NCBI GenBank assembly: GCA_041661585.1
Contig: JBAZUC010000001.1
Coordinates: 1-38,128, forward strand
Length of the DNA: 38,128 nucleotides
Reading direction: 5' to 3'
Source: Parcubacteria group bacterium
GTDB lineage: Bacteria; Patescibacteriota; Minisyncoccia; Moranbacterales; UBA11712
Below the pieces are notes generated by a model. It did not search any database. It was not told where the DNA came from and was given only the letters and a program-made list of their open reading frames with translations. Each line of letters begins with the position of its first letter. Position 1 is the stretch's first letter. Of the stretch, positions 29,029 through 38,128 are shown piece after piece. Both the position numbers and the translations under genes were made by a program.

Positions 29029-29057
29029 TTGACCGTTCAAGCCAAAGCTGATACAAT
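29029..29057 (+). promoter_or_regulatory. Promoter of rpmH-rnpA-yidC-jag (TTGACC-N17-TACAAT)
   Basis: Hexamers at 29029-29034 and 29052-29057. A DnaA-box-like tggggataa at 28970-28978 lies in the same divergent region. Confidence 0.5.
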
Positions 29058-29092
29058 CAAGAAAGTCCAACAACTAAATTATCGCCAAAATT

Positions 29093-29230
29093 ATGCCAAA
29101 AAGAACATATCAGCCTAAGAAAAAAAGAAGAGCGACACGGCACGGGTTCCGCAAAAGAATGCAAACAAAAGACGGACAAAATGTCCTCAAGCGCCGACGC
29201 CTGAAGGGCCGCAAAAAATTGTCGGTATAA
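29093..29230 (+). CDS. rpmH: 50S ribosomal protein L34
   Basis: Translated by hand: [45 protein letters not shown]. It falls below the ORF-track size cutoff. Confidence 0.95.
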   Translation: MPKRTYQPKKKRRATRHGFRKRMQTKDGQNVLKRRRLKGRKKLSV

Positions 29231-29239
29231 TCTTTCAAT

Positions 29240-29587
29240 ATGCTTCCCACCCCCCATCGCCTCAAGGGCAAAAAGGTTTTCAATGATATTTTTCGGCTTG
29301 GGAAGACTTTTTCAAACGATGTATTGCTAATGAAGATTGTTTCTGGAGAAAAGGATCAACCAGCCAAATTCGGATTTGCGGCCAGCCTCAAGTTTTCCAA
29401 AAAAGCGGTTGAAAGAAACAAAGCCAAGCGCTGGATGCGGGAAGCCGTACGGGCGAGAATCAAAGAAGTCCAGTTGGGGAAAGAAGTTGTTTTTTTGATA
29501 AACCCGAAATTTCCAAAGGAGAAGCTGAGTCTCAAGCTAATTCAGGAAAGTATAAAAAAATTGCTTAAGCAAGCCAAAATACTATGA
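29240..29587 (+). CDS. rnpA: Ribonuclease P protein component
   Basis: Position after rpmH. Basic 115-aa protein with ..LKGKKVFNDIFR.GK.. and KAVERNKAKRWMREAVR. Confidence 0.88.
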   Translation: MLPTPHRLKGKKVFNDIFRLGKTFSNDVLLMKIVSGEKDQPAKFGFAASLKFSKKAVERNKAKRWMREAVRARIKEVQLGKEVVFLINPKFPKEKLSLKLIQESIKKLLKQAKIL

Positions 29588-30309
29588 CCCAATTATTCCA
29601 TTCGATTATATATCAGCCAATATACAACGCGCTGATCTTTCTCTATAACGTCGTTCCCGGGCACGATCTAGGGGTGGCGATCATACTTCTCACGGTCATA
29701 ATCCGGGTGATCCTCTATCCCCTGGCGAAAAAACAGATCGAATCGCAAAAAAGGATGCAGGAAATTCAGCCGGAGATAAAGAAGCTGCAGGAAAAATATA
29801 AGGGCGACAAAGAAAAGCAAGGCAAAGAGCTTATGAAGTTTTATAAAGAAAAAAAAGTGAACCCGGCTTCTGGGTGCCTGCCCCTTGTCGTGCAAATTAT
29901 TTTCATCATCGCGCTCTATAGGGCGCTCGTGGCTGGGATCAACTTTTCCGAATGCAAAGACCTTTATACATTTGTCGCTTGTCCCGCAACAATCAAAACT
30001 GGATTTTTGGGAATCCTTGATCTTGCCAAGCCGAGCATCGTTTTGGCGATTCTCACGGCGGCAGCCCAATTTGTACAGACAAAAATGATGATGGGAACAA
30101 TCAAAAGCGCGCCAGCAAATGGCAAGGGCGACTTTGCCCAGACGATGAACAAGCAGATGCTCTATCTCGGACCAATTCTCACGCTTTTCATCGGTGCCAG
30201 ATTTCCGGCGGGACTTCCTCTCTATTGGCTGGTGATGACGCTTTTCATGATCGCTCAACAATATTGGGTGATGAAACAGGATACTCAAAAAGAACAAATA
30301 ACCAGTTGA
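29584..30309 (+). CDS. yidC: YidC/Oxa1-family membrane protein insertase (short form)
   Basis: GVAIILLTVIIRVILYPLAKKQ..S..MQEIQPEIKKLQEKYKGD....ELMKFYKEKKVNP..GCLP.  4-nt overlap with rnpA. Confidence 0.92.
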   Translation: MTQLFHSIIYQPIYNALIFLYNVVPGHDLGVAIILLTVIIRVILYPLAKKQIESQKRMQEIQPEIKKLQEKYKGDKEKQGKELMKFYKEKKVNPASGCLPLVVQIIFIIALYRALVAGINFSECKDLYTFVACPATIKTGFLGILDLAKPSIVLAILTAAAQFVQTKMMMGTIKSAPANGKGDFAQTMNKQMLYLGPILTLFIGARFPAGLPLYWLVMTLFMIAQQYWVMKQDTQKEQITS

Positions 30310-30322
30310 ACATATCAACACT

Positions 30323-30826
30323 ATGAACAGCCAAGAAAAAGAGGAATTGCTCAAAAAAATCACTTCAGAGGTTCTCCAAAAAATGACTCTCGATGATTTC
30401 AAAATAGCCATAGAAAGCAAAGGCGACGCGGAAGGAGAAAGCTTTATCGTCAACATAGAAACGTCCGAATCCAATCTTCTGATCGGACAATATGGTGTGA
30501 CACTTTCTGCGTTGCAACATATTTTGCGTCTCATAGTCCGCCGCGAGACGGAAGACAAATTTAAGTTTTTGGCGGACGTGAACCGCTATCTTCAGGCAAA
30601 AACCGAAACACTCGCGGGAATTGCTCGCGATGCGGCCTTGCAGGCCATAAGCGAAAGAAAGCCGGTGGTTTTGCGTCCAATGAGCGCCTATGAGAGGCGT
30701 CTTGTGCACGTGGAGCTCGCCGGAAACGAGAACATTAAAACGGAAAGTATCGGCGAAGGAGAAGACAGAAAAGTGGTTGTGAAGCCTATAGGAGATCTGG
30801 AAAAACTGGAAGATCTAAGCGCATAA
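30323..30826 (+). CDS. jag: Jag/KhpB-like KH + R3H RNA-binding protein
   Basis: LIGQYGVTLSALQHILRLIV (KH-like), PMSAYERRLVHVELAG (R3H). Conserved position after yidC. Confidence 0.85.
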   Translation: MNSQEKEELLKKITSEVLQKMTLDDFKIAIESKGDAEGESFIVNIETSESNLLIGQYGVTLSALQHILRLIVRRETEDKFKFLADVNRYLQAKTETLAGIARDAALQAISERKPVVLRPMSAYERRLVHVELAGNENIKTESIGEGEDRKVVVKPIGDLEKLEDLSA

Positions 30827-30913
30827 TTGGCAATGTGCAATTTCGTTCGTCAAGCTCTCTGTGATTCGGATGCAAAGTCTCCAATGACAAAGTACTAATC
30901 TCCAATTGCGACA

Positions 30914-32362
30914 ATGTCCACTCCTCGAAAAATTGCTTATAATGTCGCATTTTCCGCGGCGGCCAAAATGGCCGGGACGGTGTTGGCGCTTGTTGGAATA
31001 GGATTTATCACACGCTATCTTGGAAAAGACGGTTTTGGCGATTACTCAACTGTGCTCGCCTTTTTCTTTTTCTTTGGGGCGCTCGCGGATTTGGGGCTCT
31101 ATTCGATTTCAACGAGAGAAATTTCCCGTCCGGGAAGCAACGAAAAAGAGATTCTTGGAAATGTTTTTTCCATTCGCCTTGCTTCCTCGCTTTTCATTAT
31201 TGCGATCGCCCTTCTGATCGCTTTTTTTCTCCCCTACTCTTCCGCAGTCAAAACGGGAATAGTCATCTCTGCCCTTGCTTATGTTTTTTCTTCTGGATAC
31301 TCAGTCCTTATCGGTCTTTTTCAAAAAAGACTCGCGATGGACAAGGTGGCTATCGGAGAGCTTGTGGGAAAAATTTTTCAGGTTGCAATCATCATTTTGG
31401 CGGTGAAGCTTGAGTTGGGCTTTTTGGCAATAATTTGGACACTTCTTCTTAATATGGTTGTGAGTTTTTTGATCGTCGTTCTCTGGTCGCGCCGATATAT
31501 CAAGTTCCGGCCATCATCTGATTTTTCGGTCTGGAAAAAATTTCTCAAAGAGTCGTATCCTCTTGGCATTTCGGCAATCATTGTGTTTGCCTACTTCAAA
31601 CTCGATACAATACTCCTTTCGATGCTAAAGACGAGCGCCGACGTAGGGACATACAACGCAGCGTATAAGGTTCTCGAAAATATTTCCTTTTTCCCGGCGA
31701 TGTTTTTGGGCCTTGTGATGCCCATCATGTCGCGGTATATTTTCCATGAACGGGAAAAATTTGAGCTGGTCGCCGATAAAACATTCAAGGTTTTTCTTGT
31801 GCTCACCGTTCCCCTTTTCATTGGGACGGTTTTTTTGGCGGACGGAGTGATCCGGCTTATCGGCGGAGCAGGATTTGCCGATTCAGTTCCAGTGCTTCGA
31901 CTTCTTGCGGCGGCAATGGTTTTTATATTCTTTGGAAATTTTTTCACAAATGTGATCATTGCCGGAAATCTTCAAAAAAAATTGATGGGCATATTGCTTT
32001 TTTGCGCGATTTTCAACGTGTCACTGAACCTCGTTTTGATCCCCCGTTTTTCGTACATCGGCGCGGCGGTCACGTCGAGCCTCACGGAGGGAATCGTGGT
32101 GCTGCTTTCTTGTTATGTCGCTTGGAAAAATCTCAAATATTTTCCATCCTTCGCAAAAATATTTCCAATTCTTGTCTCCGGCGCCGGAATGGCTCTGGTT
32201 TTTTTCTTTTTTCAATCCCTGAACTTTCTTTTGCTCGCCGCGGCCGGTGTTTTCACCTACGCGCTGCTTTTGTGGCTTTTTAGGGCGGTGAGTTTTGAGG
32301 AAGTGAAAAGCCTCATCAGCAAAAAGAGCGGCGAACCGGTGGAATTTGAGCCTATTGCGTAA
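30914..32362 (+). CDS. Wzx-like oligosaccharide/polysaccharide flippase (MOP superfamily)
   Basis: About 12-14 TM segments. N-terminal YNVAFSAAAKMAGTVLALVGIGFITRYLGKDGFGDYS is typical of polysaccharide biosynthesis/flippase proteins. Confidence 0.8.
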   Translation: MSTPRKIAYNVAFSAAAKMAGTVLALVGIGFITRYLGKDGFGDYSTVLAFFFFFGALADLGLYSISTREISRPGSNEKEILGNVFSIRLASSLFIIAIALLIAFFLPYSSAVKTGIVISALAYVFSSGYSVLIGLFQKRLAMDKVAIGELVGKIFQVAIIILAVKLELGFLAIIWTLLLNMVVSFLIVVLWSRRYIKFRPSSDFSVWKKFLKESYPLGISAIIVFAYFKLDTILLSMLKTSADVGTYNAAYKVLENISFFPAMFLGLVMPIMSRYIFHEREKFELVADKTFKVFLVLTVPLFIGTVFLADGVIRLIGGAGFADSVPVLRLLAAAMVFIFFGNFFTNVIIAGNLQKKLMGILLFCAIFNVSLNLVLIPRFSYIGAAVTSSLTEGIVVLLSCYVAWKNLKYFPSFAKIFPILVSGAGMALVFFFFQSLNFLLLAAAGVFTYALLLWLFRAVSFEEVKSLISKKSGEPVEFEPIA

Positions 32363-32367
32363 AATTT

Positions 32368-33177
32368 ATGAAACTTTCAATTCAAATTGTGAATTTCAGA
32401 AGCCGGCACTATCTTGAGAGGTGCCTTTTTTCGATATGTGAAAACCTGTCACCCAAAATTGAGGCGGAGGTTTTGATTATAAATAATGACGAAGATGCGC
32501 TGGATAAAATTGGGCGTGAACTGGTAAATAAAATCAATTTTCAAGTTCTTGATCTCCGGGAAAATATTGGCTTTGGAGGAGCGCATAATGCCGGTTTTGA
32601 ACAATCGCATAGCGAGTATATTCTTTTTCTTAATCCGGATACAAAGATCCTTCCCGGAGCACTGCAGGCGCTCCTGGATGTTTTTGCAAAAGATGAAAAA
32701 ATTGGTATTGCCGGGCCGCTCCTTGTTGATTCGGCGGGCAAGGTTCAGCCGGATTGCTTTGGAGCGCGTCACACGCCCTTTTCGACGATCAAGAGAAAAA
32801 TGTTCAAGCGAAGCAGTCAACAAGCCCGTGCCGGCGAAGAAATTTTTGAAACGGATTGGATAAGTGGCGGGGCAATGCTGGTGCGAAGGGACGTCTTTGA
32901 AAAGACGGGCAGGTTCGACGAAAACTATTTTATGTATTTTGAAGATGTGGACCTATGTCTGCGAGCGAAAAAGCAAGGCGCGAAAATCGTAGTTGCTCCA
33001 GGCGCCCTTGTTTTTCATGAGTCCGGGAAAAGCTTTGTAAATGAGAGAGAAAAGAAAAAACACTACTATGCTTCACAAGATTATTATTTCCGAAAACATT
33101 TTGGTTTAGTGGGTGCCGGTGTGGTAAAGATTTTACGGCTTCCGTATTATGTGAAAAATGTTTATTTAAATCACTAA
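32368..33177 (+). CDS. Family 2 glycosyltransferase
   Basis: IQIVNFRS, NIGFGGAHNAG, ILFLNPDT, GGAMLVRRDVFEKTGRFDE.YFMYFEDVDLCLRA. Confidence 0.85.
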   Translation: MKLSIQIVNFRSRHYLERCLFSICENLSPKIEAEVLIINNDEDALDKIGRELVNKINFQVLDLRENIGFGGAHNAGFEQSHSEYILFLNPDTKILPGALQALLDVFAKDEKIGIAGPLLVDSAGKVQPDCFGARHTPFSTIKRKMFKRSSQQARAGEEIFETDWISGGAMLVRRDVFEKTGRFDENYFMYFEDVDLCLRAKKQGAKIVVAPGALVFHESGKSFVNEREKKKHYYASQDYYFRKHFGLVGAGVVKILRLPYYVKNVYLNH

Positions 33178-33201
33178 AAAACTTAGTTAGCTATTCATCA
33201 A

Positions 33202-34521
33202 ATGCTAAAATATTTTCTTATAATTATAATTTTTCTCCTCCCTCTTCAATTTGCGCTCAACGTCGGCGAGAATATTGATTTGGTGACGACGCGGATTCTG
33301 GTGCCGGCTCTTTTTTTGCTGTGGCTCGCGCGAAGTTTGGCGCGAAAAAAATTGTGGATTCCAAACAAGGCGGAAATGTGGCTGATCGCCAGCTTTCTTT
33401 TTTTAGCTTCCCTCTCGCTGTATCTCGGTCGCGACGCTAGCGCCGGTTTTCGCAAGCTCTTATATTTTTTCACAATCATCCCCGTTTTTTTTGTAGCGGC
33501 GGATATATTCCGTGAGGAAATATGGCGCAGGAGTGCAATTGTGGCAATCATTTTCAGTGGTGCTATTGCGGCGTCAGTTGGTCTTTTCCAATTTCTTTTC
33601 TCATTTTTCATTGGGCTCGATAAATCGGTAAAAATTTGGGAAAGTTTGGCACCCTATTTTTTGGGAAATTCATTTGGAAAGATCGTTGCAGTCAATTCGA
33701 GCTGGCTCGTAAATATTGGCGGAGAGACGCGCCTTCGCGCATTTGGTTTTTTCCCTGATCCGCACAATTTCGCTTTTTTTGTGAATTTATGCCTTTTTGC
33801 GGGACTGGGATATCTTTTTTCCCGAGAGAAAAGCACGTCTAAAATATGGATTGGCGCTGCTGTGACGCTGATGATTTCGGCGATTGGACTTTCTTTCTCA
33901 AGAGGCGCCTATCTCGGATTGTTTGCGGGAGGTCTTTTTTTCGCGGTGATATTTCTCAAGAGATCGGGTGCGCTTGGCAAAGCAATTGTTGCGGCTGTGG
34001 CGATTTTTGTTTTGATATTCATCTTCAATTCGAATATTATCTCGCAAAGACTCGTCTCTTCTTTCAATTTGAAAGAGGGCTCGAATGCCGAGCGGTACAA
34101 AAACTGGGTTCAGGCGGAGGATATGATCCGAGATTATCCGCTGGGGGGCGTAGGGCTTGGAAACTATGCTCGCACAGTTGAGCCACGCCTGGGCGGGGAA
34201 AATCGATCATCGATCTATGCTCACAATCTCTTTCTCGACATTGCGGCCGAGACCGGAATATTGAATGCAATCATATTCTTGTGTTTAATTTTATTTTTAG
34301 TTTGGCGAAACATCAGGAATAGCAGTATGTCCAATCTTGGTTTGGCGGCCGGACTTGTCGCGTTTTTGGTCCACTCAATTTTTGACACAGCGCTCTACTC
34401 CCCGCAGGTGCTGATCATTTTTTTGATAATTGTTGCAGTGGGGCTGTATGATGATAAAATTCCCGCCTTCAACAAGGCTTCGGCGGGCAAGCAAAACTCA
34501 GATGTCAAAACTACAACTTAA
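33202..34521 (+). CDS. O-antigen ligase/polymerase-like (Wzy_C) membrane protein
   Basis: Polytopic, with SFSRGAYLGL.. and a later AHNLFLDIAAETG motif typical of the family. Confidence 0.7.
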   Translation: MLKYFLIIIIFLLPLQFALNVGENIDLVTTRILVPALFLLWLARSLARKKLWIPNKAEMWLIASFLFLASLSLYLGRDASAGFRKLLYFFTIIPVFFVAADIFREEIWRRSAIVAIIFSGAIAASVGLFQFLFSFFIGLDKSVKIWESLAPYFLGNSFGKIVAVNSSWLVNIGGETRLRAFGFFPDPHNFAFFVNLCLFAGLGYLFSREKSTSKIWIGAAVTLMISAIGLSFSRGAYLGLFAGGLFFAVIFLKRSGALGKAIVAAVAIFVLIFIFNSNIISQRLVSSFNLKEGSNAERYKNWVQAEDMIRDYPLGGVGLGNYARTVEPRLGGENRSSIYAHNLFLDIAAETGILNAIIFLCLILFLVWRNIRNSSMSNLGLAAGLVAFLVHSIFDTALYSPQVLIIFLIIVAVGLYDDKIPAFNKASAGKQNSDVKTTT

Positions 34522-35713
34522 AACTCAAAACTTTTTGATTTTAGCGATATTGTTCCTGCTTCCGATTTATTTGATAAAAATAAAATTCGGCTGGCTGGCT
34601 TTTAATGCGCTTGAAATATTAATTGCAATTTTATTTATTCTCTGGATATTTAATAAAAATACAAAATATCCCCCTACGGGGGATCATCCACAGGGTGGCC
34701 AGATACTAAATATTAAATACTTTCTGCCTGCCCTGCTCATTTTTATCGGACTCATGCTATCTGTCATCGCTAATGGTAACTATTATGCTGGCTTAGGCGC
34801 GATCAAGGGCTGGTTTGTTTTTCCGATCATTTTTGCAATTATTTTTTTTGACGTGCTCAAATATGACGAAAGCCTTTTGAAAAAATCTTTGCTCGCTTTG
34901 TTTTTTTCCGGAGTGGCGATTTCGATCGTCGGCGTAGTTTATAAATTTTTTGACGTCGTAACTTTCGACGGCCGTCTCAAGGCTTTCTGGGATTCACCGA
35001 ACCAGCTGGCAATGTTTTTGGCGATTCCGTTTTTGATAGGAGTACATTTTATTTTCCAAGATAGAGATAAAATAAGACTATACACACTGGCCTTAATTTT
35101 AGTTGGCCTTAATTTATTTTTCACATTTTCATACGGCGCTTGGCTGGCTCTGACAATCGCGACTACTATTATATTTTGGCTTAAATATGGCAAAAAAGAG
35201 CAAAAAAAATATCTGACAATTTTAATCTTAATTTTCGCAATTCTTATCAGTTTGGCTAGTGTTTATAAATATAAAAGCATGGCAAATATGGGCGAGCGCT
35301 CATCTCTTGCATCGCGCTTCACGATCTTGAAATCAGCTGGACTTATGGTTGAAAACAATCCCCTTTTTGGGATTGGCCCGGGAAATTTTCAGGAGAAGTA
35401 TCTGGAATATCAAAAATATTTTCCGCCGTACCTCGAATGGTCGGTTCCTCAACCGCACAATATTTTTCTCGCCTTTTGGCTTGAGTCGGGACTGGTCGGC
35501 CTTGCGGGATTTATTATTCTGATCTTTTGTTTTTTTCGCGACAATAAAAAAGCGTTTCAGTTGAATCGCGAATTTGGAATGTTGCTTTTAGCAATAATGA
35601 TCTATATACTCGTTCACGGACTGGTCGACACGACTTACTGGAGAAATGATCTCGCGGTTGTGTTTTGGGTAGTGATTGCGGCGAGTATATATTTAGAAGA
35701 AAAACGAGGCTAG
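34502..35713 (+). CDS. Second O-antigen ligase/polymerase-like membrane protein (start taken at ATG 34502)
   Basis: Polytopic, with FSYGAWLAL and PHNIFLAFWLESG. Paralogous architecture to the upstream gene. Confidence 0.7.
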   Translation: MSKLQLKTQNFLILAILFLLPIYLIKIKFGWLAFNALEILIAILFILWIFNKNTKYPPTGDHPQGGQILNIKYFLPALLIFIGLMLSVIANGNYYAGLGAIKGWFVFPIIFAIIFFDVLKYDESLLKKSLLALFFSGVAISIVGVVYKFFDVVTFDGRLKAFWDSPNQLAMFLAIPFLIGVHFIFQDRDKIRLYTLALILVGLNLFFTFSYGAWLALTIATTIIFWLKYGKKEQKKYLTILILIFAILISLASVYKYKSMANMGERSSLASRFTILKSAGLMVENNPLFGIGPGNFQEKYLEYQKYFPPYLEWSVPQPHNIFLAFWLESGLVGLAGFIILIFCFFRDNKKAFQLNREFGMLLLAIMIYILVHGLVDTTYWRNDLAVVFWVVIAASIYLEEKRG

Positions 35714-36870
35714 ATTTCTAGCTTATACAATTTGTCGTCCGCCTTGTTCACGAAGAATAGGGTTTTTTCATCCTGGGAAAGGAAGGGATTGAGCGCATCG
35801 AAAGATCCATTTATCTTGTCGGTTTCAATGAGGCGGTCTTTTTTCCCGGTGGCGATTTCCAATTTCCAAAAAGTGTCGGCGGTTTTGATATGCCCTGTTT
35901 GCCAGTCATTGGGGAGAATCGCTGATTCGGGAATATTCCCCGGCATCGCGCAGAAAAGAAATTTTGAATCAGCTGACCAAGTGCATTTTTTTGCGAAAGT
36001 TGGAAAATTGAGAGAGCGAAACTGCCCGCCATCGGAGTTCATGACAGCAATATCCGTTTTTTTGCCCCCTCTTTGGTCGGTGTAACTCATGGCGGCATAT
36101 TTTCCGTCCGGAGACCAAAGGAAATCGGCGCCAAAGCGATCTTTCAGGATTTCTTTTTTGTTTTCTCCGCCAAAGCCGATCAAATTGGCCGAAGAAGAAA
36201 CAAACGCGTCGGGAGATGGCCAAAAAGAAATGTCGGAATTGCCGGGGACGGGACTTATTTCAGCACTGAAATAGCTTATGTCCGCGAGTTTGTGCCAATT
36301 GCTTCCGCTTGGATCTGAAGCTTCAATTGAGCGTTTGTTGGTTTTCGAGTCATAATATTTGTAGATTATCTTGTCGCCCAGGCCCGACCAAGCGGCAGAG
36401 TCAACATTGTTTTTGAGCGGGGTGACGGTTTTTTGCATGAGATCGAGAAGGAGAAATTTCGATTTTCCCGGACCGTTTTCTCGTTTGATAATCGCCCGGT
36501 TTTTCAGCTTGTTCCAAGTAACCCGTTCAATGCTCTGAAATTCTTCCGTGGAAACGACTTTTTCCAGTTTGCCGTCAAGATTCACTTGGTTCAGCTGCCC
36601 ATTTTCGCCCGCGAAATAATAGATAAAATTCGTGTCAGGTGCCAGAACAGCGCCAAAAACGCTGCCGTTGGAAATAGCGGTTATCGCTCCGCTCGTTTGC
36701 GCCGCTGTGCTTTGAGTTTTCGCGGGAGTAGCGCTTGTCTTTCCCTCGTCGGTTGTTTTCGGTGCGATGGTTGGTGTTGAGGGCTTTTTGAACGCGAAGT
36801 TGTACACAAAAATAGCTCCGATGAGGAGAACGAGAACAAGCGTTGAGATTGCAAAGATTTTTTTGTTCAT
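35710..36870 (-). CDS. Membrane-anchored TolB-like/PD40 beta-propeller protein
   Basis: N-terminal TM. Repeated W(S/N).D(G/S)K...(Y/F) motifs, for example LWSPDGKYAAMSY, TWSADSKFLF, AWSGLGDKIIY. Confidence 0.7.
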   Translation of the reverse strand: MNKKIFAISTLVLVLLIGAIFVYNFAFKKPSTPTIAPKTTDEGKTSATPAKTQSTAAQTSGAITAISNGSVFGAVLAPDTNFIYYFAGENGQLNQVNLDGKLEKVVSTEEFQSIERVTWNKLKNRAIIKRENGPGKSKFLLLDLMQKTVTPLKNNVDSAAWSGLGDKIIYKYYDSKTNKRSIEASDPSGSNWHKLADISYFSAEISPVPGNSDISFWPSPDAFVSSSANLIGFGGENKKEILKDRFGADFLWSPDGKYAAMSYTDQRGGKKTDIAVMNSDGGQFRSLNFPTFAKKCTWSADSKFLFCAMPGNIPESAILPNDWQTGHIKTADTFWKLEIATGKKDRLIETDKINGSFDALNPFLSQDEKTLFFVNKADDKLYKLEI

Positions 36871-36889
36871 CTTGTATAAAGTCCAGGTA

Positions 36890-37399
36890 TTAATTTGTCG
36901 GCAGGGGTTTTCCGTTTGGGCAAAAACTCAATCCATAATTTTTTCCGGCGGCAGCTTTATTCACTTCAGGAGCTACTCCAAGCGAAACTGTGAGTTTGCA
37001 TGCATCCGTCTTGCTCACGCCGAGTGAATCCAAAAAAGCCTGCTCGGCTTGACTTCGTGAGTCTGCCAAGTTGCTGCCGGAAAGCGAAATAACAAAGCTT
37101 TTTGAGGTTGCTAGATACACGATCTCATAGTTGGGGGTTTTTTGTACGTCGGCATTTCCGCTTACTACGGTCGTGGCATTTTTGTATGGATTGTTTATAA
37201 CAACCCCCCCATCTTTAACGGCGATGCTTGTTTTGCCTTGTTTTGCCAATTCGGATTCTGAAGGCAAGTTTGGAATCTGGATCGCGGTTGTTGCTGGTTG
37301 GGAAACTTGTGGTGCTGCTGTCTTATTTTTGTAAAATATTATCAAAATAATACTGATTACAATGAGCACTCCGGCGATTATGTAAAGTATTTTTTTCAT
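36890..37399 (-). CDS. Hypothetical membrane-anchored secreted protein
   Basis: N-terminal TM helix ILYIIAGVLIVISIILIIF. No recognised domain. Same strand and tight spacing with its neighbours. Confidence 0.5.
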   Translation of the reverse strand: MKKILYIIAGVLIVISIILIIFYKNKTAAPQVSQPATTAIQIPNLPSESELAKQGKTSIAVKDGGVVINNPYKNATTVVSGNADVQKTPNYEIVYLATSKSFVISLSGSNLADSRSQAEQAFLDSLGVSKTDACKLTVSLGVAPEVNKAAAGKNYGLSFCPNGKPLPTN

Positions 37400-37417
37400 T
37401 TTTATAAAAATAAATTG

Positions 37418-38128
37418 TTATAAACCGCAGTTTGCCACGGTATTCTTCCAGTCGCCGAAATTTCCTCTGCTTGCATAAAGCTTGCAGGCATAGCTGGTGT
37501 TGAAGCTGGGATCCTGAGCCTTTGCCACACATTGATCATACAAGCTCTGGTTCACAATAGTAGCACTATAATTTTTTCCTGAAAAAGCAGAAGTGCATCC
37601 CATTCCCAAGTCATGCACGGTTAGGTTGATCTGGAACAGTCCGACCGAAAAAGATTTGCCGTCCCTAGTTTTGTCTGTTCCGCTTAAACGCAGAGGGTTT
37701 CCTCCGGCACTTTCATAGCCGCATATTTGCGAAGCAGCATTGGCTCCAGATCCAAAACAGGCAAGGTTGGATGTTTGACAGGCGCCTTGGTTGGGATCGC
37801 ATGACCCGTTCCCTGTTGAGCCTGCGTATGACTGACCGTTGTTATTCTGTGGATTTCCTGTTTGGGCTGTTTGTCCTCCGCCAGTTATCTGCGTAATCCC
37901 CCGCATATTCACCAAATCAGGGTTGATCTTATTGAGAATGATCCAAGCGGTGAGGCCGAGGGCGAGCCCGAGGAGCGCCGAGGTGATTGTATCTTTCGCA
38001 TCTTCAGCTTTTCCGGACCCGGCCGCCATCAGATATTGATAAGCACCGATGATGAGCATAAAGAGAGCCAAAATTCCAATGATGGCGAAACCGAAATTGA
38101 TGATGCTTTGCAGATATGGAATAAATTG
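37418..38128 (-). CDS. TrbC/VirB2-like (T4SS-pilin-like) two-TM module fused to a lytic-transglycosylase/lysozyme-like domain; N-terminus off-window
   Basis: The frame stays open to the window edge (..QFIPYLQSIINFGFAIIGILALFMLIIGAYQYLMAAGSGKAEDAK..ALLGLALGLTAWIIL). Then comes a Gly/Asn/Gln linker. C-terminus: ICGYESAGGNP...SVGLFQINL is an SLT-like E-S ... GLxQI motif. Cys-rich. Confidence 0.6.
   Translation of the reverse strand, partial: QFIPYLQSIINFGFAIIGILALFMLIIGAYQYLMAAGSGKAEDAKDTITSALLGLALGLTAWIILNKINPDLVNMRGITQITGGGQTAQTGNPQNNNGQSYAGSTGNGSCDPNQGACQTSNLACFGSGANAASQICGYESAGGNPLRLSGTDKTRDGKSFSVGLFQINLTVHDLGMGCTSAFSGKNYSATIVNQSLYDQCVAKAQDPSFNTSYACKLYASRGNFGDWKNTVANCGL

Noticed and set aside
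28913-29056. The 48-aa N-terminal extension of the dnaA ORF
   Set aside because: The extension has no DnaA domain I similarity and covers the promoter/DnaA-box region. MEKMTNEEIWQAVL at ATG 28912 matches the usual DnaA N-terminus.
34668-34684. 17-nt GC-rich palindrome atccccc-tac-gggggat (plus ccac-agg-gtgg) inside the second O-antigen-ligase-like gene, encoding a PPTGDHPQGG loop
   Set aside because: It is short enough to be coincidence, has no T-tract and no other copies were seen. It is noted only because it resembles the in-frame palindromes at 8380 and 18963.
1-38128. The many 60-200-aa ORFs in the track that lie antisense to, or out of frame within, the genes listed above (for example 127-567-, 3089-3397-, 8739-9332-, 9766-10419-, 15766-16380-, 19336-19734+, 29668-30558-)
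   Set aside because: They overlap strongly supported CDSs, have no recognisable motifs and are often low-complexity. They are typical shadow ORFs.

Overview
This is a compact bacterial chromosome segment that spans the replication-origin neighbourhood. Its gene content (lamin-tail-domain secreted protein, T4SS-pilin-like protein, DUF721, short YidC, class A PBP) suggests a small-genome Patescibacteria/CPR-like organism, but that is inference only. All three stop codons terminate clear genes, so the code is standard. No rRNA, tRNA, CRISPR array, transposase or integrase was seen. Layout:
- 2-2188: two GspE/PilB ATPase paralogs fused in one frame, with a single in-frame TAA.
- About 330 nt of structured non-coding DNA follows.
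- ruvB, then membrane and secreted protein genes, then yebC-ruvC.
- 11.2-16.6 kb: a five-gene peptide ligase/peptidase cluster (7TM protein, ATP-grasp fused to a RimB-like retropepsin, CphA-like ATP-grasp, GNAT, DUF1704/MATCAP-like HExxxH peptidase).
- PBP1A and a convergent DUF721/DciA-like gene.
- About 19.3-25.6 kb: a visibly AT-rich accessory island wedged between DUF721 and tspO-dnaN-dnaA.
- oriC-like DnaA-box cluster, then rpmH-rnpA-yidC-jag.
- A flippase / GT2 / two O-antigen-ligase-like glycan cluster.
- A TolB-like gene, a hypothetical gene and a pilin-lysozyme fusion.
The island is the best candidate for an undescribed system. It holds a NYN RNase, a three-gene cassette (Schlafen/AlbA_2-like, unknown, HEPN with RNxxxH), vsr, a full-length LexA fused seamlessly to a C5 cytosine methyltransferase, and a small REase-like gene preceded by an AbrB/MazE-fold protein. 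An identical TTACGTA-N5-TTACGTA operator architecture sits at both ends of the island. All family calls come from motif recognition by eye; no searches were run.
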